A stretch of 63,733 nt of DNA, filler included, from 6 parts of 6 records of this genome joined end to end with filler, not necessarily neighbours in it, one strand, 5' to 3'; shown: positions 28,338 through 39,649, counted from the first letter of the whole stretch. Made by a program: numbers and translations. Notes: generated by a model not told the origin, from the sequence alone.

Positions 28338-30397
28338 TTATTTCATGGATTTCATAATCCAATTCATCTGTGTCGCACTGGTTTCCGGAATAAATTTTAT
28401 TTGGGCCCCTTGGTCAATGCTGAAATCAGGTTTGCCGTCCTTGGTTTGGGTGACCTTGATGCGGGCCGCACCGGCCCCGACATCTGCCACAACGCCTTGA
28501 ACCACAAGGGATTGTTGGGTCATTACTGTGGCGGTCATTCCGATTTTTACGATCCCCTGGTTCACGGCGACATCAATGACATCCCCCACCTTTCCGGTGG
28601 AAGGTTCACTTACATATCCTTTTATGATGGTGCTGACCGGTGCATGGGCGGCCAGAAGAATACAGACCCGGACCAGGTCGTTCATGGTCTGGCGGGCCTG
28701 AGTAATGCCGGTGTCAACCTGGGAAAAAAGCCAGTCCACCATATTCTGCAAATCCTTGCGCAAAGTGATATCAATCTTGTCGAAGGAGGGCAGGGCCTCC
28801 AGATAGCGTAAATCCACCGGTTTGTCGTAAATGCTGAGCAAATTGGCCCATTGGAGCTTAACCACCGGTTCCATTCCGTCCACCAGGTGGTACAGACACA
28901 CCGCCACATCCTCCAGGTTTTCCATAACTGTGGCGGCTTGGCGAGCCTGCTTGGAAAAGCCCCTGCCTTTTTCGATCAAATCGGCCAGCGACACCTTGGT
29001 TTCGGCCTGGTGAACTAAATCAAGCCAGGTCATGGTATTCAGTTTAACCGTATCCAGAACGGCTTTTTCCTTAACGGCTGTTTGTTTGACCTGCTGGTTG
29101 GCTGCTATGATTTTCCAGGCGGCCTGGCCAAACGCATGGGTGTTATACATCTTCTGGGAAATGGTTTGGGCCGGCGCCTGGGCTATAATCCGGGCGGTCC
29201 GCGCAGCAGCCTTTGTCATCAGTTCGGCCACACCGGGAACCGTGTTGACCTGGCGAACCAGTCCTTTGGCCTCCGTGAGCCAGGCGATGGGGATTTCACG
29301 GAACACATCCAGCATATCGTCCAGTTCGCCCACGGCTTCGTAATCTTTGGCCAGGCAGGCCGGTACCGGATTAACGTATTCGGCGGCCAGGGGAATTGAC
29401 GGCACATCCAGCCGGGGATCCACCAGCCGGGGCCGGACAAAGACAAGGCTGGTTACATAGGTGTCCAGAATGGCCCGGCGCTGTTCATTGACAGCCGTCA
29501 GGCGGGCCTTTTCTTCTTCATACAGGGATCTGGTGACCAGGGCGTCATGACGCAGCACCACCAGTTTGTCATCAATTTCTCCCAGTTTATCTTTCCAGAG
29601 ACGGGCATTGGTTTGTAAATCCAAAAGCACGTTACCGCATTGGGTGACCGCTTTTTTATAATCCTTAAGTCTTTTTTCGATCAGGCGCATGGCATTGAGC
29701 CCATGTTCCAGGGCCGTTACCCCTGTTGAAAAATAATTGGCCTCATCCCCATCTGCAGGGTCCGGATCAAATATTCCTTCCCTGATATTTTTAGACAGCA
29801 ACGGATTCTTGACCGACCGCATGTTTTTTTTATTGTTTGCTGCCAGATTTGAAAAATAGCTTTGAAGTCTTTCCGAGGAAACAGGCGGATCTTGGCCGGC
29901 CAGGTGTTTTTTTTCATCATCGGTCAATGGAGCGACATGAATGGATGCAAAATCTTCGGATAAACGCGACCGGTTATCCAAAATGACTTGTTCCGGCTCG
30001 GTCAGATTTTCGATATATGCGTCATATTGACTGCGGGTAATGATTGCGGTCTTGCTGTCCGTTACACTGACTTTTTCATCAATTTCCAGGGGCACCTGGG
30101 CAAGCAGGTCAAAAATGGCTGACTTGGTTTTTACCGCGTTGCTTTTAACCTCCATTGCCGGAGATTCATATACCCGCTCAATGATGGGTTTGTCACGAAC
30201 GGCCATTTTCTGGGGGATGACCACTGGTTGTTTATATTTAAAGATTACCTCCGGCGTTGCGGCTGTGGCATAGTACAGATCTTTTTGGGCCGAATAGACG
30301 GGGCCTATTGTTTTTTGTGTTTTAGCCAGCATGGCAATGGTCTTGTTGGCATCCCCGTACCGGTTTGCCGCCACACTGGCCAGTGTGCGTGTGGCCG
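28338..30397 (-). CDS. Large hypothetical coiled-coil protein (5' partial)
   Basis: At least 685-aa frame open from the contig edge, with a long heptad stretch and a beta-rich C-terminus; co-oriented with the eCIS-like genes. Confidence 0.75.
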
Positions 30398-30497
30398 NNN
30401 NNNNNNNNNNNNNNNNNNNNNNNNNNNNNNNNNNNNNNNNNTTAATTAATTAANNNNNNNNNNNNNNNNNNNNNNNNNNNNNNNNNNNNNNNNNNNN
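30398..30497. other. Artificial contig linker
   Basis: 44 N + TTAATTAATTAA + 44 N. Confidence 0.99.
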
Positions 30498-30760
30498 ACA
30501 CGGATGCCGTCGGCAATTTCGACCATCAACTCGTTTTCGTCGATGACCTTGGTGACGGTACCGATGATGCCGCCGTTGGTAACGACCTTGTCGTTGCGGC
30601 GGATGGCACCCAGCATTTCACGATGCTGCTTGGCTTTTTTCTGCTGCGGCCGGATCAGCAGGAAGTAGAAGACGACGAAAATCAGAATCAACGGCAGAAA
30701 GGCTTCAAAACCTCCGCCGCCGAGGCCGCCGGCTTGGGCGTACGCGGGCGATACAAACAT
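30498..30760 (-). CDS. yajC: Preprotein translocase subunit YajC (3' partial)
   Basis: MFVSPAYAQ, FYFLLIRPQQKK, DKVVTNGGIIG. GGAG RBS. Confidence 0.93.
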
Positions 30761-30949
30761 TAAAAACTCCATAAGAATCTTGGGCAGAGCCAGCGGGAAT
30801 ATAGCGGTCCCGGCGCGACTTGCAAACGGAAACACGCCCAGTTCCCGCAAACGTGTGCCGTCAGGCCGAAATTTTGCTCGGGTCGTTGACCCTTCCGGCG
30901 ATTATGCTAGGTTTCGCCGCCCAGAAAAGCCGATACAAAGGACAAGCAA

Positions 30950-31807
30950 ATGCCGGATTCGGAATTCCAACCCCTTTTGCGCCGCGTTACCGATGCGTTG
31001 GAACGGCTCGCGCCGCCGGCACGCCGCGAAGCCGATCTCGATGCCGCCGACGCCTTTGTCTGGCACGCCGATGACGATTGGCTGGAACCGGTCGTCCGGG
31101 TCAGCCGTTTGGATATTTCGCTTCTCAAGGGGATCGAGCAGCAACGCGACATCCTGCTCGAAAACACCCGGCGTTTCGCACATGGCCTGCCGACCAACAA
31201 CGCCCTGCTATGGGGGTCGCGCGGCATGGGCAAGAGTTCGCTGGTAAAGGCCGTACACGCGACGATCAACGGCAGCGGCGAGGCGCCGTTGGGACTGATC
31301 GAGATTCACCGCGAAGACATCCAGTCCCTGCCCCGGCTTCTGGGCGTCCTGCGCGATACGAAAGCCCGCTATATTATCTTCTGCGACGATCTTTCCTTCG
31401 ACGGAAACGATGCTTCGTACAAGTCCCTGAAGGCCGTGCTTGAAGGAGGGATTGAGGGGCGCCCAGGCAACATCGTCTTCTATGCGACGTCGAACCGCCG
31501 TCATTTGATGCCGCGCGACATGATCGAAAACGAACGCTCGACCGCTATCAACCCGGCCGAGGCTGTCGAGGAAAAGGTCTCGATGTCGGACCGATTCGGT
31601 CTATGGCTGGGATTCCACCCCTGCAATCAGGATGTGTTTTTCGAGATGGTCGACGGCTACGCCGCCCATTTCGGTCTGGACCTGCCGGCGGAAGAATTGC
31701 ACAGGCGAGCCAACGAATGGTCGATGACGCGCGGCGCGCGATCCGGCCGCGTTGCCTGGCAGTTCATTCAGGATCTGGCAGGCGAACTGGGCAAGCAGCT
31801 CGGCTGA
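30950..31807 (+). CDS. DUF815 family AAA+ ATP-binding protein
   Basis: NALLWGSRGMGKSSLVK, FCDDLSF, YATSNRRHL, SDRFGLWLGF, SGRVAWQF. Confidence 0.9.
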   Translation: MPDSEFQPLLRRVTDALERLAPPARREADLDAADAFVWHADDDWLEPVVRVSRLDISLLKGIEQQRDILLENTRRFAHGLPTNNALLWGSRGMGKSSLVKAVHATINGSGEAPLGLIEIHREDIQSLPRLLGVLRDTKARYIIFCDDLSFDGNDASYKSLKAVLEGGIEGRPGNIVFYATSNRRHLMPRDMIENERSTAINPAEAVEEKVSMSDRFGLWLGFHPCNQDVFFEMVDGYAAHFGLDLPAEELHRRANEWSMTRGARSGRVAWQFIQDLAGELGKQLG

Positions 31808-31813
31808 ATTCGC

Positions 31814-32314
31814 TCAGACCGGTTTCTTATCCTCGGCCTTTTTGCGTTTGCGCGGCTGGGCCGGTTTCTTGCTTGTACGCGTACCCTTGCTGACCGTGGT
31901 TTTGGCCGTTGTTTTGGACGGGGCTTTCGTTGTTGCCGGTTTCGGCGTTTCCGCTGCCGGCGGCGCAGCCGGTTCCGGATCGGCTTCGCTTTCGGCCTCT
32001 TTCGGCCAGTCCGCCCAGGGATAGGGCTTGTCGTCGCTGCGGAAGGTCTCGAAGGCGACGATCTGGCGGTAATATTCCGACAGGCTGTATCCGAAAGCCT
32101 GCAGCGCCGAATGCGGCTGCCCGGTAAACAGCTTGAACAGGAATTGGACGACCGCGACGACCAACCCGACGAACTTACCGACTTCGAAAACGACCCCGAA
32201 CAGGATCATGTAAAGCAGCCGTAGCCAGGTGCCGGATTCGGCGATGTGGTCGCGAAAATCCTTTTCGGCGAAGGCGTCGTCGAATTTATCGTCATCGATG
32301 CTGGTCACGGCCAT
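31814..32314 (-). CDS. DUF4389 membrane protein with a Lys/Thr/Ala-rich tail
   Basis: WLRLLYMILF...VVQFLF.LFTG...FG..L..Y...DDKPYPW.DWP. Confidence 0.75.
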   Translation of the reverse strand: MAVTSIDDDKFDDAFAEKDFRDHIAESGTWLRLLYMILFGVVFEVGKFVGLVVAVVQFLFKLFTGQPHSALQAFGYSLSEYYRQIVAFETFRSDDKPYPWADWPKEAESEADPEPAAPPAAETPKPATTKAPSKTTAKTTVSKGTRTSKKPAQPRKRKKAEDKKPV

Positions 32315-32402
32315 TTCCTCTCACAATAAGTCCACCCCGGACTTAATCACGGACAAGTGTATCCGAGCGCCGATAGCTCGGCAATGCGCGACCTCGGATG
32401 GA

Positions 32403-33455
32403 TCAGGAGACCTTGCCGCCGCTCAGGTGCTTCATCGGATCGACTGCCTGGCGTCCGCGTCGGATTTCAAAATGCAATTGCGGCGATGCCACGTTGCCGG
32501 TGCTGCCGACCCGCGAAATAACCTGGCCCTTTCGGATCTTGTCCCCGCGTTTGACCAGGATGCGATCATTGTGAGCATAGGCCGTGATCCAGCCACCCGA
32601 ATGCTTGATCAAAAGAAGGTTGCCGAAACCGCGGATCTCGTTACCGGCATAGGCGACGACACCGTTTTCGGCGGCTTTCACCGGTGTCCCGCGCGGCGCC
32701 GCGATGTTGATCCCGTCATTGTGCAGGCCCTTGCTGACGCCGCCGTAGGGAGAAATCACACGACCCTTGGCCGGCCAGGCAAATCCGCCACCGCTTTTCG
32801 GCGGGGGTTTCGCGACCTTACGCGGTTTTGCCGGCGACGGTTTCGGTTTCGGCTGCACCATGGTAACCGCGGTTCCGTCCGATCGGGATTTCGGCGGTGC
32901 CGGTTGCGCCACCACCGGCGCCGGCGCCGAAACGACGGTTGTTTCGACGGGACCGGATTGCGCCGGGCCGCCGATTGGAAGTCGCAGTTTCTGGCCGACC
33001 AGTATGGTGTATGGCGGTTTCAGACCGTTTGCCCGCGCCAACACATACATATCGACGCCGTACTGTCGGGAAATGCCGTAAAGGGTATCGCCCCGTGTGA
33101 CCGAGTATTCGGCGCCGCGTGGCAATACCAGGCGTTGACCGACTTCGAGTCGATAGGGTGCGCGCAGGCGATTGGCCTCGACAATGGCCCGCGGCGATAC
33201 GCCGTGGCGCCGGGCGATGGAGTAAACCGTATCCCCCCTGCTCACCGTTACCGATTCAGCGCCGACGAAGACGGCATCGGAACCCTGCGGCCTTTCGGCC
33301 GGTCGCGGGGCCGGCGAGACATGGGCCGGGATGCGCGGCGAAACCGTACTTGCCGTTTGTGGAGGCGGCCATTCGGCCCAGCCACAGGCACCGAGCGCAA
33401 GGCTCGCGGCCAATACAAGCAACCTGGGCAGACCCGAAAAATACGTTTGCGACAT
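32403..33455 (-). CDS. nlpD: LysM/M23 peptidoglycan lipoprotein (NlpD-like)
   Basis: Lipobox LGAC, two LysM domains (GDTVYSIARR, GDTLYGISR), M23 domain HNDGINI...YAH...PQLHFEIR. Follows pcm. Confidence 0.85.
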   Translation of the reverse strand: MSQTYFSGLPRLLVLAASLALGACGWAEWPPPQTASTVSPRIPAHVSPAPRPAERPQGSDAVFVGAESVTVSRGDTVYSIARRHGVSPRAIVEANRLRAPYRLEVGQRLVLPRGAEYSVTRGDTLYGISRQYGVDMYVLARANGLKPPYTILVGQKLRLPIGGPAQSGPVETTVVSAPAPVVAQPAPPKSRSDGTAVTMVQPKPKPSPAKPRKVAKPPPKSGGGFAWPAKGRVISPYGGVSKGLHNDGINIAAPRGTPVKAAENGVVAYAGNEIRGFGNLLLIKHSGGWITAYAHNDRILVKRGDKIRKGQVISRVGSTGNVASPQLHFEIRRGRQAVDPMKHLSGGKVS

Positions 33456-33510
33456 GGTTGGATTATCGCCAAGGCGTGCCGCCGGTGCAACGGCGCGCTG
33501 TGTGGAACGA

Positions 33511-34149
33511 TTATTCGCCGGCAATGCCCGGTAACATCGGAACGAATCGCACGGCACCGACGGTTTCTTCGTCGAAGCCGTCTTCCGTTCTTTTGATGCG
33601 CAAAAGGCTTTGATCCTTTTCGGTATCGCCGACGGGAACCACCATGAAGCCGCCGACGGACAATTGCTCGGCCAGGCTTTTCGGCAATTCCCGGGCCGCC
33701 GCCGTTATGATGATGCGGTCGAACGGCGCCTGTTCGGGCCATCCGGCAAAGCCGTCGCCGACACGAGTCGTGATGTTGGTTAGTCGCAACGAGGCGAACT
33801 GCCGCTCGGCCAGTTGCATCAGTTCGCGATGGCGTTCGATGGTGTACAGCCGTCGGCACAATCCGGCCAGGACGGCGGCCTGATAACCCGATCCGGTGCC
33901 GACCTCCAGTACCTTCATGCGGTCGCCCACTTCCAGTGCCTGGGTCATACGGGCGACAATGGAAGGCTGGCTGATGGTTTGATGACGGCCGATCGGCAAC
34001 GTCACGTCGTCATAGGCTCGATCGCGGAAAGTAACGGGAACAAAGGCATCGCGGGGCACCTGCTCCATGACGCCGAGCACGCGTGTATCGGTAATTCCGC
34101 ATTTACGGAGCGCCAGGATCAGTCGGATTTTTCTCGAATCCGGATTCAC
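33511..34149 (-). CDS. pcm: Protein-L-isoaspartate O-methyltransferase
   Basis: QTISQP, VLEVGTGSGYQ, APFDRIIITAA, VRFVP. Confidence 0.95.
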   Translation of the reverse strand: MNPDSRKIRLILALRKCGITDTRVLGVMEQVPRDAFVPVTFRDRAYDDVTLPIGRHQTISQPSIVARMTQALEVGDRMKVLEVGTGSGYQAAVLAGLCRRLYTIERHRELMQLAERQFASLRLTNITTRVGDGFAGWPEQAPFDRIIITAAARELPKSLAEQLSVGGFMVVPVGDTEKDQSLLRIKRTEDGFDEETVGAVRFVPMLPGIAGE

Positions 34150-34150
34150 G

Positions 34151-34933
34151 TTATTCGAACTCGGCTTTCAATGCCTTCAAGGTCGGTCCATGGGTCAGGT
34201 CCAGCGACAGAGGCGTGATCGAGATGCGGTCGCGGTTGACGGCATCCAGGTCGTTACCCGTGCGATAGCGGTTTTGATGCTGTTCGGTACCGAGCCAGTA
34301 AATATCGCCGCCGTGCGGGTCGACGGCCGCGGTCAGGCCCTGGCCGGCTTTTCCATTGCCCTGGCTGGTCACCTCGATGCCCTTGACCAAATCGCCCGGT
34401 ATGTTGGGAAAGTTCAGGTTGAGCACGATATTTTCGGGCCAGCCGATTTCACTCAGTCTTTTCAGAACACCCGGAGCCCATTGCTCAACTGTCGCCCAAC
34501 GGGCGTTCTTGGCGCCGTCGGTAACAAGGCTAAGCGCGACGCCCGGCACCCCCAGAAGCGAGCCTTCCATGGCTGCCGCAATGGTTCCCGAATAGGTGAT
34601 GTCGTCGCACAGATTGCCGCCGCGATTGACACCCGAAAGAACGATATCCGGTGGCGCGTCCTTCATGATCTGGCGGACACCCAGAAGGACCGAATCGGTC
34701 GGCGATCCGTCGACCGCGAAGCGCCGTTCGGAAATCTCGCGGATTCTCAGGGGCCGCATCCGCGTCAGGGAATGGCTGGCCGCGCTTTGCTCGGTTTCCG
34801 GCGCCACGACCCAAACTTCGCGCGCCACCTCACGCGCCACCTTTTCCAATACTTTCAGTCCCGGCGCGTTGATGCCGTCGTCGTTGGAGACGAGGACCCG
34901 TGCTTTTTTCAGATCCAGCGGTTTATTTGCCAT
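34151..34933 (-). CDS. surE: 5'/3'-nucleotidase SurE
   Basis: [34 protein letters not shown]. Confidence 0.95.
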   Translation of the reverse strand: MANKPLDLKKARVLVSNDDGINAPGLKVLEKVAREVAREVWVVAPETEQSAASHSLTRMRPLRIREISERRFAVDGSPTDSVLLGVRQIMKDAPPDIVLSGVNRGGNLCDDITYSGTIAAAMEGSLLGVPGVALSLVTDGAKNARWATVEQWAPGVLKRLSEIGWPENIVLNLNFPNIPGDLVKGIEVTSQGNGKAGQGLTAAVDPHGGDIYWLGTEQHQNRYRTGNDLDAVNRDRISITPLSLDLTHGPTLKALKAEFE

Positions 34934-36203
34934 CTGCGGTTATTTCCTCCATGCCGCCCATATAGGGGCGGAGCGCGTCCGGAACCGTAACGCTTCCGTC
35001 GGCTTTTTGATAGTTCTCAAGAACGGCGATCAGCGTCCGCCCGACGGCAAGACCGGAACCGTTCAGCGTATGCACGAACTGCGTTCCCTTCCCGCCTTCC
35101 GGGCGGAAGCGCGCCTTCATGCGCCGGGCCTGGAAATCGCCGCAGTTGGAACAACTGGATATCTCGCGATACCGATCCTGCCCCGGCAGCCAGACCTCGA
35201 TGTCATGGGTCTTGCGGGCCGAGAACCCCATGTCGCCGGTACTGAGCACGACGACGCGGTATGGCAGATCAAGGCGTTTCAGCACCTCTTCGGCACACCC
35301 GGTCATGCGATCAAGCTCGGCGTCCGACCGGTCGGGATGCACGATGCTGACCATCTCGACCTTGTTGAACTGGTGCTGGCGGATCATGCCGCGCGTATCC
35401 TTGCCGGCGGCGCCGGCTTCGGACCGGAAACACGGTGTCAGCGCCGTCACCCTTTTGGGAAGATCGGCCTCGGCCAGGATTTCCCCGGCAACCAGATTGG
35501 TCAACGGCACCTCGGCTGTTGCAATCAGCCAAAGGCCGTCGGTCGTACGGAAGGAATCCTCGCCGAATTTGGGAAGCTGGCCAGTGCCGTATAGGGCTTC
35601 GTCCTTGACCAGGATCGGCGGATTGATCTCGGTATAGCCGTGCTCTTCCGTCTGCAGATCCAGCATGAAGGCGGCAATGGCGCGCTCCAGGCGGGCCAGG
35701 GCGCCACTCAGCACAACGAAACGGGCGCCGGAAATCTTGGCCGCCGCTTCGAAATCCATCAGGCCCAGGCCTTCGCCGATCTCGAAATGCTCCTTGGCGT
35801 CGAACTCCAGGCTTTTAGGCTCGCTCCAACGGCGGATTTCGACATTGGCGGCCTCATCCGGCCCAACCGGCACGTCGTCGGCCGGCAGGTTCGGCAGCGC
35901 CGCCAGGGCGGCATCCAATTCGGCGGCTGATTTTTTTGCCACCTCTTCGGCTTCGGCTTCCTGCTGTTTGGATCGCGAAACCTCGGCAATGATTTCGGTA
36001 GCGTCTTCGCCGCGCGATTTGGCGGCGCCGATTTCCTTCGCCAGCGTGTTTCTTTTCGACTGGATTTTCTGGGCCCGGGTCTGGGCTTCGCGGCGTTCCG
36101 TATCGAGCGCGATAAGGGTTGCGGCGGCGGCATCAGCACCGCGGTTTGCCAAGGCCTTGTCGTAGGCCTCGGGATTTTCGCGTATCCATTTTATGTCGAA
36201 CAT
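34923..36203 (-). CDS. serS: Serine--tRNA ligase
   Basis: N-terminal coiled coil, [41 protein letters not shown]. Confidence 0.97.
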   Translation of the reverse strand: MFDIKWIRENPEAYDKALANRGADAAAATLIALDTERREAQTRAQKIQSKRNTLAKEIGAAKSRGEDATEIIAEVSRSKQQEAEAEEVAKKSAAELDAALAALPNLPADDVPVGPDEAANVEIRRWSEPKSLEFDAKEHFEIGEGLGLMDFEAAAKISGARFVVLSGALARLERAIAAFMLDLQTEEHGYTEINPPILVKDEALYGTGQLPKFGEDSFRTTDGLWLIATAEVPLTNLVAGEILAEADLPKRVTALTPCFRSEAGAAGKDTRGMIRQHQFNKVEMVSIVHPDRSDAELDRMTGCAEEVLKRLDLPYRVVVLSTGDMGFSARKTHDIEVWLPGQDRYREISSCSNCGDFQARRMKARFRPEGGKGTQFVHTLNGSGLAVGRTLIAVLENYQKADGSVTVPDALRPYMGGMEEITADGK

Positions 36204-36332
36204 GGAGACTTCCGAACTAAGAGTGGAAACGGCAGTTTTATAGGGGCAACGCCGGACCGCGTCCAGACACGGACGGCTTTCTTCGGTGGAAAGGATGTAC
36301 GAACTCAGGGATGAAACAGGCGCAGTCCGTCG

Positions 36333-37196
36333 TCACGCCTTGGTGTCCGTTTCCTTGTCCGCTTCGTCATCTGAATCGGTGTCGTCTTCGACGCCGGCTT
36401 CCTTGGCGGTTTTTGCATCGATTTCATCACGCTTCTTTTCGACCATGCTGACCGAAAGGATCGATATCTCGTACAAAAGAAGGGTCGGCACGGCCAAACC
36501 GATCTGACTGATGACGTCTGGCGGCGTCAGAAGCGCGGCGGCGATGAAGGCGATGACGATGGCGTATTTTCTTTTGTCGCGAAGGCCTTGTGCGGTGACC
36601 ATGCCGACCCGCGCCAGCAAGGTCAGCAGTACCGGCAACTGGAAGCACAATCCGAAGGCGAAGATCAGCCGCATCACCAGGGCCAGGTATTCGTTGACCT
36701 TGGCTTCCAATTGGATGGGCAATCCGCCGGCAACTCCGGCCGTTTCGAAACTGAGGAAAAACTTCCAGGCCAGCGGAAAGATCAGGTAATAGACCAGGGC
36801 GCCGCCAAGGAAAAAGAGGATCGGCGTTGCCACGAGGAATGGCAGGAAGGCGCGTTTTTCGTGCTTGTACAGACCCGGTGCGATGAACATCCAGATCTGC
36901 CCGCCGATGAACGGAAAGGCAAGGAAAAGGGCGGCGAAAAAGGAAACCTTGATATAGGTGAAAAAGGCCTCGTGAAGGGCCGTGAAGATCAATCGCCGTT
37001 TGCCACCGTCTTCCGACAGGACGTCGGCCAGGGGCTGCACTAAAAATGCATAAATGTTTTCGGCGAAATAGTAACAGGCGAAAAACAGAACGATCAGCGC
37101 CACGAACGAACGGATCAGCCTTTGGCGCAATTCGACCAGATGTGCCATCAGCGGCATTTTTTGATCGTCGACTTTTTCGATTTCGCCTTCGGACAC
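36333..37196 (-). CDS. tatC: Twin-arginine translocase TatC
   Basis: HLVELRQRL, FIAPGLY..E, FQLP, TPPD. Confidence 0.96.
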   Translation of the reverse strand: MSEGEIEKVDDQKMPLMAHLVELRQRLIRSFVALIVLFFACYYFAENIYAFLVQPLADVLSEDGGKRRLIFTALHEAFFTYIKVSFFAALFLAFPFIGGQIWMFIAPGLYKHEKRAFLPFLVATPILFFLGGALVYYLIFPLAWKFFLSFETAGVAGGLPIQLEAKVNEYLALVMRLIFAFGLCFQLPVLLTLLARVGMVTAQGLRDKRKYAIVIAFIAAALLTPPDVISQIGLAVPTLLLYEISILSVSMVEKKRDEIDAKTAKEAGVEDDTDSDDEADKETDTKA

Positions 37197-37201
37197 GGCT
37201 C

Positions 37202-37672
37202 TTATCCGGTTGCCTGTTTGTTGTCTTTGTCGTCGCCGGTGCTTTTGCCGGTGTCCTCCGCCGGAGTATCCGCTTCGGCCGCACCGCTTGCGTCCGCTGT
37301 TGTTTCACCGGCGTCGCCGGCTGGCGCAATCGTAGCCGGCTTGCTTTCGATACTTGCGGTCTTGGTGGCAGTGTCCAGATCCTGCTGCAGATCCGTGAAT
37401 TGATCACCTATGTCACCGTCGGGGTCGAGGGCGTCCTCTATTTCCTTGCCGATATCGAATGTGCTGCCGTCTTCGACCTGCTTCTTGATGTCGTCAAGTT
37501 CGACCTCGCGGACGACATCGTCGATGCCGCTTTGGAACTCCCGCGCGATACCGCGTGCCTTGCGGACCCATTTCATGATCGTTGAAAGAACGCGCGGCAA
37601 ATCCTTCGGCCCGACCACAACAATGGCGATGGCCGCGATAATGAAAAGCTCTTGCCAGCCGATGTCCAACAT
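37202..37672 (-). CDS. tatB: Twin-arginine translocase TatB
   Basis: MLDIGWQEL...VVGPKDLP. Confidence 0.92.
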   Translation of the reverse strand: MLDIGWQELFIIAAIAIVVVGPKDLPRVLSTIMKWVRKARGIAREFQSGIDDVVREVELDDIKKQVEDGSTFDIGKEIEDALDPDGDIGDQFTDLQQDLDTATKTASIESKPATIAPAGDAGETTADASGAAEADTPAEDTGKSTGDDKDNKQATG

Positions 37673-37726
37673 ATCGTGGTAAAACGGTTCCCTGCCCACG
37701 CCTTCAAACGGCGGGGCGACAGCGGA

Positions 37727-37975
37727 TCAGCTTTTCGAAGCCTCGTCCCTTTCGGCGGTCGCGTCGACCACTGGCGCCGAGTCAGCCTCGATTGCTTTTG
37801 CCGCGTCGTCGGCCACTTCGGCACCTTCCGTCTGATCCTTGACGCCTTTCTTAAACGCTTTCAGACCCTTGCCGAAATCACCCATCAGGGCCGAAATCTT
37901 GCCGCGTCCGCCAAACAGAAGCAGAACGATCGCAAGTACGACGACCCATTGCCAAATTCCAGTCCAACCACCCAT
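37727..37975 (-). CDS. tatA: Twin-arginine translocase TatA
   Basis: [28 protein letters not shown]. Confidence 0.92.
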   Translation of the reverse strand: MGGWTGIWQWVVVLAIVLLLFGGRGKISALMGDFGKGLKAFKKGVKDQTEGAEVADDAAKAIEADSAPVVDATAERDEASKS

Positions 37976-38101
37976 TTTCTCGTCTCGCTTTCTTGGTGTG
38001 CGCGTGCCAGGAGGCGGGATAATGGCAGAAAGGCTGACCCTTCGCAACGCCACGTATCGCCACCATGTGGGATTGCCGCCGCGGCTTTCCGCGACCCGAT
38101 G

Positions 38102-38803
38102 TCAGCTTTCTTCGGCAGGTGTGGTTTCGTCATCCGGATCGAGCGGTTCCGGCATTTCAGGCGCCGTCCTGAACAGGCCGGGTTCTTCCGCATCCGAACC
38201 ATTGTCTTCGGCGCCTTCCGTTTCCTCGGCGCTTAGGACCTTGCCTTTTACGGCATAGGCTTCGATGGCCGGGCGCTTATCAAGAAGCCCTGCCGCCTTC
38301 AGTTCGTCAAGCCCCGGCAGGTCCTTCAGGGTTTCCAGCCCGAAATGGTCCAGGAATACGTCGGTGGTGCCCCAGGTCACCGGACGACCCGGTGTTTTGC
38401 GGCGGCCGACCGGGCGAATCCAGCCGGCTTCGAAAAGCGCATCCAGGGTTCCGCGATTGAAACCGACACCCCGGATCTCCTCGACCTCGGTTCGGGTCAC
38501 CGGCTGGTGGTAGGCGATGACGGCCAGGGATTCCACCATGGCTCGGCCCAGTTTCCGGGTTTTCTGCCTCTGCAGGGCCAACTGCGGACCCAGATCGGGC
38601 GCCGTGCGAAAGGCCCAAGCCTTGCCTGCCTTGCACAGATTGACACCCCGATTTGCGTAGGTTTCCTTCAACGCCGCCAATAGAGCCGGTATATCGGCAT
38701 CGTCCGGCATGCGTTCAGCCAGTGCTTTCTCGGCCAGGGGGGCTTCCGCTGCGAACAGGATGGCTTCCAGAAGCCGCAAATGCTGCCCGTCGATTTCGCT
38801 CAT
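38102..38803 (-). CDS. scpB: SMC-Scp complex subunit ScpB
   Basis: LEAILFA, LAVIAYHQPVTR.EVEEIRGV, PGRP..WGTT..FLDHFGL. Confidence 0.95.
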   Translation of the reverse strand: MSEIDGQHLRLLEAILFAAEAPLAEKALAERMPDDADIPALLAALKETYANRGVNLCKAGKAWAFRTAPDLGPQLALQRQKTRKLGRAMVESLAVIAYHQPVTRTEVEEIRGVGFNRGTLDALFEAGWIRPVGRRKTPGRPVTWGTTDVFLDHFGLETLKDLPGLDELKAAGLLDKRPAIEAYAVKGKVLSAEETEGAEDNGSDAEEPGLFRTAPEMPEPLDPDDETTPAEES

Positions 38804-39642
38804 GCCCCGCCTTCGCTTCCGCTTTCGCTGTCGTCATTTTCGCTGTTTTTGTCATCGGCATCATCGGCCTGCCGGACATAGATGGGGCCGAAGGTCCCCA
38901 TCTGACGAATTCTTAGCTTCCCGGCTTTTACAAGTTCAAGGCTTGCCGAGAAGGTAGACGCCAGCGCCGAACGCGCCAACATATGGTCGGTAAGCCCGGG
39001 CGGAAGGAATTTGATCAGGTTTTCCCATTCCGGCGTCCGCCCGACGAGGGTGCGCAACCGTTCCAGGGCATCCTCGACCGCGTACAATCCCCAGGCTTCG
39101 ATTTGAAGGGTGCCTTCCCCTTCCCGCTTCTGTTGATCGCCGTAGGCCTTGAGCAGGTCGTACAGCGTCACCTCGAAGATGGTGGTGACCTCTTCGTCGC
39201 GTTTTTCCGGCATGCCGCGGGCGAAAAACTCCTGCCCCAGTCGCGGTCTTGCCAAAAGACGGGCCCCCGCTTCCTGGATGGCCTCGAGCCGTTGAAGCTG
39301 GAACGCCAGGGCGGCGGCCAGTTCTTCACCCGACGGTTCGTCTTCGTCACCCATGTCGGGAATCAACAACCGGGATTTGAGATAGGCCAACCAGGCCGCC
39401 ATTACCAGATAGTCGGCGGCCAGTTCGATATTGATCTCGCGTGCCTTGGCAACGAACTCCAGATACTGGTCGGCCAGCTGCAGGATCGAAATCTGGGCCA
39501 GATCCACCTTCTGATCGCGGGCCAAGGTCAACAGCACGTCGATCGGCCCTTCGAAGCCGTCGATGTCGACGACGAAGCGCGACCCCGGCAGATACTGCGG
39601 GCCGTCCTCCATTTCTTCGAAGCTGTTCTGGTTTTCGTTCAT
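38800..39642 (-). CDS. scpA: Segregation and condensation protein ScpA
   Basis: FEGPIDVLL, ADYLVMAAWLAYLKSRLL, F.ASLEL.K.G...Q...FGPI. Confidence 0.95.
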   Translation of the reverse strand: MNENQNSFEEMEDGPQYLPGSRFVVDIDGFEGPIDVLLTLARDQKVDLAQISILQLADQYLEFVAKAREINIELAADYLVMAAWLAYLKSRLLIPDMGDEDEPSGEELAAALAFQLQRLEAIQEAGARLLARPRLGQEFFARGMPEKRDEEVTTIFEVTLYDLLKAYGDQQKREGEGTLQIEAWGLYAVEDALERLRTLVGRTPEWENLIKFLPPGLTDHMLARSALASTFSASLELVKAGKLRIRQMGTFGPIYVRQADDADDKNSENDDSESGSEGGA

Positions 39643-39649
39643 GTTTCCA

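Noticed and set aside
32229-37407. Long alternative ORFs (455 aa at 32229-33596, 332 aa at 34596-35594, 326 aa at 36427-37407)
   Set aside because: They are shadow frames of real genes in high-GC DNA, with no motifs.
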